A stretch of DNA of 64,000 nucleotides, taken from positions 66,221 to 130,220 of the forward strand of contig NZ_JBBKAH010000001.1 in assembly GCF_037652055.1 (NCBI RefSeq), given 5' to 3'. The translations under genes were made by a program, and so were the position numbers. The stretch is from Pelagibius sp. 7325 (GTDB taxonomy: Bacteria; Pseudomonadota; Alphaproteobacteria; Kiloniellales; Kiloniellaceae). The notes beneath the pieces were generated by a model. It worked only from the letters and a program-made list of their open reading frames with translations. It had not been told where the DNA came from and searched no databases. Of this stretch, positions 19,220 through 28,092 are shown one piece after another; within the stretch, counting starts at the first letter, position 1, and each line of letters opens with the position of its first letter.

Positions 19220-19704
19220 CTAGATAAGATAGTTGACGTCGTACCCGCCTTTGCGAACCATCGCCCAAGCAGACGAGCGCTCGAGACACAGCCCTGGGCA
19301 TCATATGTCAGGCTATGGATGAACTTCTGTGACACAGCCAATTTTTGTGCACCGAGTTGCAAGCCGCCGTCTGTCGAAATTGTCAGAGCTCCTTTATCAA
19401 TGCAGAAGCGAACCGCTTCCTGAAGCGTCGGCCGAAGACCCTTTGCTCTCTGAACATACCCGACCATGACTTCGGGGTTCCGTTCGCGCCAAGTGTACAT
19501 TGATGTTAAGGTCGTTGAAGGGAGTGCATTCCGCGTCCTTGCATGCAATGCAATCGGCAACCCGCAAAATGGGAGCACAAATGGACAGGGAGCAGCAGTA
19601 CTTTTCTGATACTCCTTCACGAACTCGATGGCGAGCATTCCACAGAATGCCGGATTAAAAAGTGTTGCCTCTTCCTTCGGCCTAGCATCCCATTTTGGAA
19701 GCAT
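19201..19704 (-). CDS. hypothetical protein; candidate middle component of the three-gene system
   Basis: 167-aa ORF overlapping the downstream ATPase start by 19 bp and abutting the upstream gene stop. Low GC, no recognisable motif. Confidence 0.55.
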   Translation of the reverse strand: MLPKWDARPKEEATLFNPAFCGMLAIEFVKEYQKSTAAPCPFVLPFCGLPIALHARTRNALPSTTLTSMYTWRERNPEVMVGYVQRAKGLRPTLQEAVRFCIDKGALTISTDGGLQLGAQKLAVSQKFIHSLTYDAQGCVSSARLLGRWFAKAGTTSTILSSWGIKP

Positions 19705-20897
19705 TAGCCATCACCTTTTGATTTCTTCTCAGAGAACAAGGCCTGATAGTCGGGATGCCAACCCACCCTCACACTGTCTGCAAGAATCTGATACGAACCG
19801 GTACAAAGCCAACGCTCATGTCTATTTCGAAAAGGTAGCTCGCTCCGGTTGGCCCAATGATATAAGGTGCGCCCAAAAACTTTTTTTAGGTCGTCTGATG
19901 ACAAGTCAGCAGTATCTTGCTGAGCCAATGATTCACTCTGCCAGCGTTCGATAAGCGCTTCGTCATAGCGGCTCGATTCACCGTCAAGAAGGACATTCTC
20001 TCGTGCCCACGCAGTTCGTTGCGCTGAGGCTCGGTAATAGTCGCGCTTTCCCAATTCGACGACGGGGTCAGAGAGACCAACGCACTTCATCTGTTTGACG
20101 AAGATGTGGTTATCAGATGCGAGTTCCGCGTCCGGAACTTCTGAGACCTCTTGGTGGAGCATGAGATCACCCATACGAAATTGAGAAGCGATCTCGTCGA
20201 TTTTCTGTCGAAGCGACAGAAGAGATATCGGCGGTGCCGACGCATCGGTTAGAGCTTTGACGATAGTCGCAAACCACCAACCTTCCAAGTGATCGACGAG
20301 CTTTGCAACGTGTTGTGCCGGGGAAGCGAAAGCTAGTCTTTCTTCAATCTCGCTGCGCACATCAGTAATTGTTGGAGCATTATCATGGACCACAATTGCT
20401 GCAACGAGATCTTTTCTCATCTGACTCGGCAAAGACAGGAAAGCTTCCCGGGCGACTGTTGTCGCCTTGTTGCTAGATGAAGCAGCGATTCGACTCAAGA
20501 TATCGAGAGCTTCTGCTTCGTCATTATCATTGCGACCAACTCGCAACTTCGCGGCTACAGAATCTTTCGGCGCCGTAGCAGTTGTGATAATCGAAAACTT
20601 GCACTCATACAGGGCTTGAGGATTCGAAACGATCTGTTCGCTCCAGATTCGCAACGTCTTCCAGAGATCTGAGCTAGCATCCGTGAGACTAGATGCAATA
20701 GAATGATGTTTGAGTTGAAACTGCGATGTTATTCCGGCTGCAGTCTCAAAAGAGACATCGTCAAACTTTTCGACGCACAAAAGACGATTCGGGAATCGAG
20801 CGCTTTCTTCAATGGCGAGTAGAAGAGCTTCTCTGCACTGATACAGATAACCGACCATAGATGCAGCCGCGCTGTACTTAGACGGACCATTTGTCAT
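19704..20897 (-). CDS. hypothetical protein with N-terminal PD-(D/E)xK-like nuclease motif; candidate effector of the three-gene system
   Basis: 397 aa. The N-terminus GYLYQCREALLLAIE...CVEKFDDVSFE...FQLKHH resembles the E-x(n)-DD-x(n)-QxK REase-like core seen in Cap4/DUF4297-type effectors. The rest is alpha-helical and unassigned. Confidence 0.55.
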   Translation of the reverse strand: MTNGPSKYSAAASMVGYLYQCREALLLAIEESARFPNRLLCVEKFDDVSFETAAGITSQFQLKHHSIASSLTDASSDLWKTLRIWSEQIVSNPQALYECKFSIITTATAPKDSVAAKLRVGRNDNDEAEALDILSRIAASSSNKATTVAREAFLSLPSQMRKDLVAAIVVHDNAPTITDVRSEIEERLAFASPAQHVAKLVDHLEGWWFATIVKALTDASAPPISLLSLRQKIDEIASQFRMGDLMLHQEVSEVPDAELASDNHIFVKQMKCVGLSDPVVELGKRDYYRASAQRTAWARENVLLDGESSRYDEALIERWQSESLAQQDTADLSSDDLKKVFGRTLYHWANRSELPFRNRHERWLCTGSYQILADSVRVGWHPDYQALFSEKKSKGDG

Positions 20898-21061
20898 CTC
20901 AGCTGAGGCTCTTACACATGTTCGCCCAGAAAACGAACTTTATATTACCGCATTATCGCAATGGTTGTCATGGTTAATGTATGCGCCAGCTCGTTCGATT
21001 TGGGCGATCATCCTCTCGCCGCGTCGCTCTCTTGGACAGGAATTGGAAAATCAAGGTCACG

Positions 21062-21104
21062 CCGCATCCTTCGAGACGCGCCTTCGGCGCTCCTCAGGAT
21101 GAGG
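21062..21104. repeat. half-copy of family-A repeat (cgtctcgaagg-N-ctcctcaggatgagg), right boundary of island 1
   Basis: ccgcatccttcgagacgcgccttcggcgctcctcaggatgagg, the reverse complement of 16950-16991. Confidence 0.7.
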
Positions 21105-21126
21105 CTCAGGGGGTGGGGAGAGGGCT

Positions 21127-21415
21127 TTACGCCGCGGCCGGGTTGACCAGCGGGGCGCGTTCGCCGGGCCTGAGCACGGTGGCGTCGTAGGGGCGGCGGG
21201 CGAAGACGTCGCGCACCATGGGGGCGAAGAACTGCAGCGGCAGGGTGTCGTAGTCGGGGTCGAAGCTCGCCTGGTCCCAGCGCTCGCAGAAGTCGGCACA
21301 GTCGTCGAAGTAGGGGTGGCCGCGGTGGCGCTCGCGCCGATCGCGGTCGAAGCCGGCGAGGTGGTGGCCGTAGTAGTAGAGCTGGAACTCGCCGTGGCGG
21401 CGCGTCACCCGCATC
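21127..21415 (-). pseudogene. truncated 3' duplicate of the HD-domain gene at 26095-26700
   Basis: Encodes VTRRHGEFQLYYYGHHLAGFDRDRRERHRGHPYFDDCADFCERWDQASFDPDYDTLPLQFFAPMVRDVFARRPYDATVLRPGERAPLV. This matches the C-terminal ~95 aa of the full-length HD protein with 3 substitutions, and the DNA is about 95% identical over ~285 bp. The 5' end is cut off by a family-B REP element. Confidence 0.75.
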
Positions 21416-21490
21416 CCTCTCCCACGCAGGGAAGAGGAAAACCAAAAGCACCCCTCCCCTCCCTCCCCCATCAAGGGGGAGGGGGTTATA
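21413..21490. repeat. REP-like element family B (partial)
   Basis: catccctctcccacgcagggaagagg followed by ccctcccctccctcccccatcaagggggaggggg palindromes. Confidence 0.5.
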
Positions 21491-21699
21491 GCGGGGCCTC
21501 CCCCATACTCCTGCCTTCGCCGAAGCGGCTCCGGGCAGGCAGGTCGAGACGCCGCCTTCCGGCGGCTCCTCAGGATGATGTGGAAGGGGGATACGGCAGG
21601 GCCCGGGCCGCGTCCGGTTGAGGCGGGCGCGCTTCCATGATCCAATGCAGCCGGATGCGGCAGGGCGGGGGCGGCCAGGCGGAGATCCGGCGGTGAAGG

Positions 21700-22869
21700 G
21701 TGCGAATGACGGCGGGTGCGGCTTGCCGCGCGGGCGGCGCGGTCGCAGCGGAACGCCCGCGTTCCGGGGCGCGGCGATTGCGTAGCAGGCCGATGCGGCC
21801 GGCGCGGGCGCTGCTGCTGGCGATCGGGACGGCCTGCGGCGCCGCCGGGTGCGCGACGCCAGCGGCGCCGCTCTATTCCACGGACACGGCGCCGGTCGCG
21901 CTGGTCGATATCACGGGCGCCGGGGGCCGCGACCTGCGCGCGGCCTTCCGGGCGGCGGCCTGCCGCCGCCTGCCGGCGGAGGGACCGGCCTGCGACGAAG
22001 TCGTGCTGCGGCTGGCGGGCGAGGCTCCCGAGGCGGCACCGGCGGACGCGGCCCCGGCAGCGCCGCCGGAGGTGACGGAGCGGGAACTCGCCCAGCGCTT
22101 TCGCATCGGCTTCGTGCCCGGGCTGTTCGCCCAGTGCTTCGACGACTACTCGCGCGCCTTCGGCGACGCGCAGAGCGCGATGGAGGCAGCGGGCTTCACC
22201 GCCGCCTATTTCCAGGTGCCGGGACGCAGCAGCGCCGCCCGCAACGCGGACCGCCTGGCGGCGATGATCGCCGGCCTGCCGCCGGACCCCCGGCCCTTCA
22301 TCCTCTTCGCCCACTCCAAGGGGCTGATCGACACCTTGGAGATGGCGCTGCGCCATCCCGAGGCGCTGGGGCAGGTCGCCGCGGTCGTCGGCGTCGCCGC
22401 CGCGGCCAACGGCAGCCCGCTGGCCGACATCCAGTCGACGCTGTACCGCAACGGCGTCGCCGGCTTCCCGCTGCCCGGCTGCGCGCCCAGCGACGGCGAA
22501 GAGATCGAGGACCTGCAGAGAGACCGCCGCCTGGCCTGGTGGCAGCGCCACCGCAAGGACATCACGGTGCCGCTCTATTCCCTGGTCGCCGCGCCGGAGG
22601 CCGACAGCCTGTCGCCGCTGGTCCGCTATTCCTACGACCGCCTGGCGCGCATCGATCCGCGCAACGACGGCAAGCTGCTGTGGTACGACCAGATCATGCC
22701 GCAGAGCGGCCTGCTGGGCTATGTGAACGCCGACCACTGGACCATCGCCTTCGATGCTTACCGCGAGATCGATGCCCTGGCCCTGACGTTCGAGGACCGG
22801 GTGCCGCGCGGCATCCTCATCCGCGCCGCCACGGAGGTGGTCGCGGCCTCGCTGGCCGGCGGCGAATAG
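21700..22869 (+). CDS. putative lipoprotein, alpha/beta-hydrolase (serine esterase/lipase-like)
   Basis: Signal/lipobox region ALLLAIGTACGAAGC and a nucleophile-elbow-like FAHSKGLID block. The probable start is the internal M at about 21793. Confidence 0.55.
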   Translation: MRMTAGAACRAGGAVAAERPRSGARRLRSRPMRPARALLLAIGTACGAAGCATPAAPLYSTDTAPVALVDITGAGGRDLRAAFRAAACRRLPAEGPACDEVVLRLAGEAPEAAPADAAPAAPPEVTERELAQRFRIGFVPGLFAQCFDDYSRAFGDAQSAMEAAGFTAAYFQVPGRSSAARNADRLAAMIAGLPPDPRPFILFAHSKGLIDTLEMALRHPEALGQVAAVVGVAAAANGSPLADIQSTLYRNGVAGFPLPGCAPSDGEEIEDLQRDRRLAWWQRHRKDITVPLYSLVAAPEADSLSPLVRYSYDRLARIDPRNDGKLLWYDQIMPQSGLLGYVNADHWTIAFDAYREIDALALTFEDRVPRGILIRAATEVVAASLAGGE

Positions 22870-23012
22870 CGGCGGCTGGTCGCTGATTAAGCGGGGATAC
22901 TTTGTCGCGCCCTACGCGCCGAGAAGCTGTCCGAGTTGCGGGGAGAAGGTTGCGTAGGCCGAGGCGCCAGCGTGCGACAGCGGCAGCTTGGAAGGACTGA
23001 GGACTTCGATAA

Positions 23013-23375
23013 ATGGAACACATCCGCGGCATCGGGAAGCTGAAGAAGTTCTCCGAGTCCCTGACGCTCTGCCGCTTTAGTACGCTTCGGCTGTTCACCC
23101 TGGATCACCAGGGACGCTATGCCTTTATTCACTGCCGCCTGAAGACTGAGCGCTTCGACCCGCCGCTGGCCATGGACCTGCGTTTCGACGGCGTGTCGAG
23201 CGTTCAGATCAAGGGCGTGGGCGGCGGTATCCTCTCCCAGATCACCGGGTTCGCCGTCGTGGACATCAGTGCCAAGGGTTGGGAAGGCATCAACTGGGAA
23301 GCCATCGACTATGAGGAAGGCAGGATCCGTTGGTACGCGGAAGACTTTCAAATCCTCGATGTGGTGCGGGTTTGA
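23013..23375 (+). CDS. hypothetical small protein (orphan)
   Basis: 120-aa ORF with moderate GC sitting between two family-B REP elements. No recognisable motif. Confidence 0.35.
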   Translation: MEHIRGIGKLKKFSESLTLCRFSTLRLFTLDHQGRYAFIHCRLKTERFDPPLAMDLRFDGVSSVQIKGVGGGILSQITGFAVVDISAKGWEGINWEAIDYEEGRIRWYAEDFQILDVVRV

Positions 23376-23387
23376 GGGGCTAAGGGC

Positions 23388-23500
23388 CCCCTCACCCCGA
23401 CCCTCTCCCCGCTGGGGAGAGGGAGTCCCCCTCACCCAGCTGCGCCTAGGCTCGTTCCTCGCCAAGGCTTCGCATCCCTCTCCCGCGAGGGGAGAGGGGA
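23388..23500. repeat. REP-like element family B (tandem/double copy)
   Basis: ccctcaccccgaccctctccccgctggggagaggg followed by ccctcacccagctgcgcctaggc...gccaaggcttcgcatccctctcccgcgaggggagagggg. Confidence 0.7.
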
Positions 23501-23594
23501 ATCATCCCTGGCCAGCAGATCGTCATGGTTCCGGCGGAAAAGCGCCGCAATCGTCCGCCACAAAAACGCTGGAGACTTTCAAAGGGGGGGGGAA

Positions 23595-24098
23595 ATGCGG
23601 AGACATGCGGTCCTGCTTCTGCTGGGGCTCGGCCTGCCGGTGCTGCTGGCCGGCTGGATCAGCCTGGATTACACCACGGAGAGCGGCGCGGCCTGGTTCG
23701 CGGAGAACAGGCGCGACCTGCTGCGGCTGAACGCTGCTCTGCTGGCACGGCCGCAGATCACCTGGGTCGAACCGGCCCTGCGGCTTCAGTTCATACCCAA
23801 TTCGAAGAACTTTTCCGCCGACGACCTGGCGGCGTACCGCGAGGTCGAGGTCATGACCAAGGACCTGGGGGTTATCAATATCCAAGCGGCCCGCGTGGGC
23901 TCGCAGATCGACGGCGAGTTGATCACGATCCGCTATCTGCTGAAGCGCAGAGGATTCCTGTTCACCAGCAGCGACGCATTGATCGTCGCGTACACTCCGA
24001 ATAGCAAATACCTCGCGCACTGGCAGGAAGAGCCGGGGGCACAGATCGTCCCGCTGGATGTCGAGGGCTGGTACGCGATCGTCGATCACGACGACTGA
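23595..24098 (+). CDS. hypothetical exported protein
   Basis: N-terminal signal peptide MRRHAVLLLLGLGLPVLLAG. 167 aa, no known domain. Confidence 0.5.
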   Translation: MRRHAVLLLLGLGLPVLLAGWISLDYTTESGAAWFAENRRDLLRLNAALLARPQITWVEPALRLQFIPNSKNFSADDLAAYREVEVMTKDLGVINIQAARVGSQIDGELITIRYLLKRRGFLFTSSDALIVAYTPNSKYLAHWQEEPGAQIVPLDVEGWYAIVDHDD

Positions 24099-24118
24099 GG
24101 GTCTCCCGGATCCTCGAG

Positions 24119-24200
24119 CCCCCTCACCCAGCTTCGCCTATTCGCGCACGCGCGCTAAGGCTGCGCATCCCTCTCCCACGCTGGGGGAGAGGGGTTTGGA
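24119..24200. repeat. REP-like element family B
   Basis: cccctcacccagcttcgcctattcgcgcacgcgcgctaaggctgcgcatccctctcccacgctgggggagagggg. Confidence 0.7.
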
Positions 24201-24201
24201 C

Positions 24202-25155
24202 CTACTGCCCTTCCGGGAGGGCCTGGAGGTTGTAGAGGGCGCGCAGCAAGGGTTCGTTGGAAAGCACGCCCATGCCGCCGAACCAGCGCTGGAAGATCGG
24301 CAGGATGTCGCGCGAGCGGTAGAGCGCGGCCAGGGTGCGGTCGACGGCCAGCAGGAAGTCGGGCGAGTCGCGGCGCACGGCGAGCGCATAGGGCTCATAG
24401 GAGATGAGGCGGTTGAGCAGCGTCAGCTTTTCCGGCTCGCGCGCGCGGCCGATGAGGTTCACCAGCAGGATGCGGTCGCCGAAGAAGGCGGCGATCTGCT
24501 TGTCCTCCAAGGCGGCGAGCCCGGCGTCGTAGCCGTTGAACAGCACGACCTCCACATCGACGAGGTTCAGGCGGACGATGGCCTCGCGCACGGCGTCCTC
24601 CGCCGTGGTGCCGCCCACCACGCCGACGCGCCGGCCGTTGAAGTCCACCGCCGCGCTGAAGTCGAGTTCGTCGTGCACCAGGAACTCGATGCCGGTCGCG
24701 AAGGTCAGCAGCGAGAAGGCGACCTGCTCGCGGCGCTTCAGGGTTTCCGTCGTCGAGCCGCAGAGGATGTCGATGTCGCCGTCCTGCAGCGCCTGGAAAC
24801 GGGTCTCGGCCGTCACCGCGCGGTATTCGACGGCGAGATCCGGCAGGTTCAGGCTTTGCTTCAGGTCCTCGGCCACCGCCAGGCAGAGGTCGATGGTGTA
24901 GCCGACCACCGCCCCGGGGGCGCCGTGGTGCAGCCCGGTCGCCTCGGAGACCATGAAGGAGAACGGCACCGACTGCTCGCGGTGGCCGACCACCAGGGTC
25001 TTCGTATCGACGATTTTGCGCAGCGTCGGGTCGAGAGACGGGTCAAGCGTTTGCGCGGCAGCGCCGGGCCCCATCGCGAGCGCGGCGAGGGCGAGCAGCG
25101 CGGCGGCCAGGGGCGCGCGCCGTCGCTGTGCCGCGATGAAGCCCAAGCGCGCCAT
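24202..25155 (-). CDS. ABC transporter substrate-binding protein (amino-acid family, SBP_bac_3)
   Basis: Signal peptide, then a periplasmic type-II SBP fold (VGHREQSVPFSF..., GVVGGTTAEDAV...). Confidence 0.75.
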   Translation of the reverse strand: MARLGFIAAQRRRAPLAAALLALAALAMGPGAAAQTLDPSLDPTLRKIVDTKTLVVGHREQSVPFSFMVSEATGLHHGAPGAVVGYTIDLCLAVAEDLKQSLNLPDLAVEYRAVTAETRFQALQDGDIDILCGSTTETLKRREQVAFSLLTFATGIEFLVHDELDFSAAVDFNGRRVGVVGGTTAEDAVREAIVRLNLVDVEVVLFNGYDAGLAALEDKQIAAFFGDRILLVNLIGRAREPEKLTLLNRLISYEPYALAVRRDSPDFLLAVDRTLAALYRSRDILPIFQRWFGGMGVLSNEPLLRALYNLQALPEGQ

Positions 25156-25177
25156 GATCAGATGGCCTCCGCCATGG

Positions 25178-25838
25178 TCAGAAAGCCTCCGCCAGGGCCG
25201 TGTTCACCAGGGCATAGAACATCTGCTGGCCGGCGTTGATCGAATAGACCGGCTTGAAGCGCTTGTGCTCGCTGTCCGGCACGACGCGGCCGTAGAGATT
25301 GTCGAGCACGAACTGGCGCCCGTCGTCGATCTCCATCACCGCGACGGCATGGCCGACGGGTTTCGAGCCGCCGGCGCTCACCTGGCCCGCGACCATCCAG
25401 ATCTTCTCGATGTCGAAGCCGCCGAAGTAGGCCGACACGATGTAGACATGCGCGTAGTCGTCGCAGTCGCCGTAGCCGCGGGCGATGGTCTCCCCCGGTG
25501 TCGACCAGACGTCGCCGCGTTCGGACTGGTATTTCACCAGGGAGAAGGTTTCCTTGTAGAAGGCCTTCATCTGGGCCTCCTGCGGCTGGTCCTCGATGGT
25601 CGTCAGGAAGGCGCGCCAGGCACGCACGTCGGCCGAGCTGCTCTTGGCATAGCCCTGGTATTCCTTCAGCAGGCGGTTGTAGTACTGGTGCTGCTGGGTC
25701 TTGTCGGCGAAGGAATTCGGCAGCTTGAAGATGACCTCGTAGCGCGCCTCGGCCGCGTTGAAGGACGCGCCGGCGAGGACCAGCGCGGCGGCCAGCGCCG
25801 TGATGCTTCCGGAAGACGTCCGCTTTACCCAGGACATG
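25178..25838 (-). CDS. transglutaminase-like cysteine peptidase (BTLCP family)
   Basis: RGYGDCDDYA catalytic Cys block, with downstream conserved His (VGHAVAV) and Asp (VLDN). N-terminal signal peptide. Confidence 0.8.
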
Positions 25839-26094
25839 ACGGCACCTCCGCTGCGACACTGCCGGGAAGGAGAGGCGATCACCTGTTACCGCTGCGGGTC
25901 CGGCGGCGGGACCGGGTGCGCGCACACGCGCGATGGTCCGGGAGGCCGGCGCCGGGCCGGTCCCGCCATCTTAGTCCGCCCGGAGTTCGCGTCCAGGCTT
26001 TGTTTTCAACGAAGGCTACGCGGATGGGGTGCAGGGTGGGAGACGCCCTCCCCCGGGGGCGGGCGGCGGGCGCCCGAAGCGGGAGCGGAAGGGC

Positions 26095-26700
26095 CTAGGG
26101 GCCGACGGTCACCAGCGGGGCGCGTTCGCCGGGCCTGAGCACGGTGGCGTCGTAGGGGCGGCGGGCGAAGACGTCGCGCACCATGGGGGCGAAGAACTGC
26201 AGCGGCAGGGTGTCGTAGTCGGGGTCGAAGCTCGCCTGGTCCCAGCGCTCGCAGAAGTCGGCGCAGTCGTCGAAGTAGGGGTGGCCGCGGTGGCGCTCCC
26301 GGCTGTCGCGGTCGAAGCCGGCGATGAGGTGGCCGTAGTAGTAGAGCTGGAACTCGCCGTGGCGCCGCGTCACCCAGGTGCACTGCTCGCGCACGAAGGG
26401 CTTCAGGATCGCCGCGGCGTAGTCGGCGTGGCTGAAGGGCGCATGGATGTCGCCGATGTCGTGCAGCAGCGCCGTCACGATCCAGTCGGTGTCGGCGCCG
26501 TCGCGAAAGGCGCGCGTCGCGGTCTGCAGCGAGTGGCCGAGGCGCGTCACCTTGTAGCCGGAGATGCCGTCCTCCAGTGCGGCCATCGCCGCCAGCAGGC
26601 GCTCGGCGGTGTGCCGGTGGTGGTCGTACACCAAGTCGGTGAGGTAGGCGTATTCCTCCTTGGTGCCGTCCTTCATCTGCGTGAAATTGACGGATTCCAT
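26095..26700 (-). CDS. HD-domain metal-dependent phosphohydrolase/oxygenase-like protein
   Basis: Starts MESVNFTQMKDG. HD motifs are DHHRHTAERL, LLHDIGD and HADYAAAI. Its 3' end is duplicated at 21127-21415. Confidence 0.75.
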   Translation of the reverse strand: MESVNFTQMKDGTKEEYAYLTDLVYDHHRHTAERLLAAMAALEDGISGYKVTRLGHSLQTATRAFRDGADTDWIVTALLHDIGDIHAPFSHADYAAAILKPFVREQCTWVTRRHGEFQLYYYGHLIAGFDRDSRERHRGHPYFDDCADFCERWDQASFDPDYDTLPLQFFAPMVRDVFARRPYDATVLRPGERAPLVTVGP

Positions 26701-26863
26701 CGGCGCTCTCCGTTCGCTCTCTGAAAGCCTGCGTCCTGCAGGCTCGCTCTCGCAGGAATCCTGGGGGCCGCGCCGGGCAGCGTCAAGCGGCGGGCGCGAT
26801 TGGTCCGGGGAAGTCGTGGGAATGGACCCGTGGGACGGGACGGCGGAGCGGGGCGGCAAGGCG

Positions 26864-27331
26864 TCAGCCGCCCGTCCCGGTTCCCCGGCCGTCGGGGCGC
26901 CGGTCAGAGGCGATGCAGTCGCCGCCCTTCAGGGCTTCGAGAATGGTGTGCAGCAGGGAATAGGTCAGCGGCTTCGGGTAGCGCGGCGCGCCTTCCATCA
27001 GCGCGTCGTCGGAGATCGATTCGCTGTAGCCGCTGATGATCGCAAAGGGGATGCCGAGCGCCTTCAGACGGCGCGCGAAGGGCGCGACGGAGCGGCCCAT
27101 GAGTTCCTCGTCCAGCAGCGCGCAGGACGGCGGATCGGCCTCCAGCAGGGAGATCGCGCCTTCCACGCTGCTGGCGGGACCGAGCGGCCGGCAGCCGATC
27201 GATTCGAGCATATCGCAGATCTCGAGGCCGACGAGGAACTCGTCCTCGACGACGAGAACCGCCGTGCTCTCCTGCGGGTCGGCATCGCCGGGCGAGGCCG
27301 GGGCCGGGTTCTGCGGTACAGACTTGTTCAT
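26864..27331 (-). CDS. single-domain response regulator (REC)
   Basis: VLVVEDE acidic pocket, phospho-acceptor region ALLDEEL, and conserved S/T (IISGY) and K (KP). Confidence 0.7.
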   Translation of the reverse strand: MNKSVPQNPAPASPGDADPQESTAVLVVEDEFLVGLEICDMLESIGCRPLGPASSVEGAISLLEADPPSCALLDEELMGRSVAPFARRLKALGIPFAIISGYSESISDDALMEGAPRYPKPLTYSLLHTILEALKGGDCIASDRRPDGRGTGTGG

Positions 27332-27542
27332 GCGCCGTGTCGCCTCCCTGGGGTTTGGGAATCACGGGGGGTTGGGGATCTGCGGGTTTCGGATCAGAAC
27401 GTCCGGGGGGCTGAATGGTTGCCTGCCGCCGTAAGCCGCGCGGGCGACACGCGGGCGTCGGGTCTGTTCCGCGGGCCGCGAAGGCGTGCTACCAACCCCG
27501 GCGCGGCAGGCCGGTTCCGGCAGAAAACAGGGGGAGACCAGG

Positions 27543-28046
27543 ATGGCAGCGGACAACGCCGGAGCGATCGCGGTGCGGCCCGTGCGGCGGGAGGATCACG
27601 CCCAATGGCTGGCGCTGTGGCATGCCTACAACGTGTTTTATGGCAGGTCCTGGGGGCGGAACGGCGAGCCGCCGGTCGAGCCCGAGGTGACGGCGGCGGC
27701 CTGGGCGCGCTTCTTCGACGACTCCCAGCCGCTGTGGGCGCTGGTGGCGGCCGAGGCAAGCGCCGGGGGTGACGAAGGCAGGCTGCTGGGCTTCACCCAT
27801 TACCTCTTTCACCTGGGCACCAACTTTATCCAGCCGCTCTGCTACCTGGAGGACCTCTTCACCGTGGAGGCGGCGCGCGGCCGCGGCGTCGGGCGGGCGC
27901 TCATCCAGGCGGTCTGCGACGCGGCGCAGGCGGCGGGTTCGGCGCGGGTCTACTGGCAGACCCACGAGAGCAACGCCACGGCCCGGCGGCTCTACGACCG
28001 CGTGGCGGAGCGCCCGGGATTCATCATCTACCAGCGGGATCTGTAG
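27543..28046 (+). CDS. GNAT family N-acetyltransferase
   Basis: Motif A RGRGVGRALIQAVCDAAQAAG and a C-terminal Y..RL..F block. Confidence 0.8.
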   Translation: MAADNAGAIAVRPVRREDHAQWLALWHAYNVFYGRSWGRNGEPPVEPEVTAAAWARFFDDSQPLWALVAAEASAGGDEGRLLGFTHYLFHLGTNFIQPLCYLEDLFTVEAARGRGVGRALIQAVCDAAQAAGSARVYWQTHESNATARRLYDRVAERPGFIIYQRDL

Positions 28047-28062
28047 CGGCGGGGCGGCGCGC

Positions 28063-28092
28063 TTCCCTCTCCCAGGGGGGGAGAGGGCTCCC
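28063..28092. repeat. REP-like family B tail (ccctctccc-N-gggagaggg hairpin)
   Basis: cttccctctcccagggggggagagggctcccc. Confidence 0.5.

Noticed and set aside
21127-22737. 536-aa minus-strand ORF
   Set aside because: It is antisense to the better-supported plus-strand lipoprotein/hydrolase gene and has a high-GC low-complexity R/A/G-rich translation. Only its C-terminal ~95 aa are real, and those are the duplicated HD fragment reported as a pseudogene.
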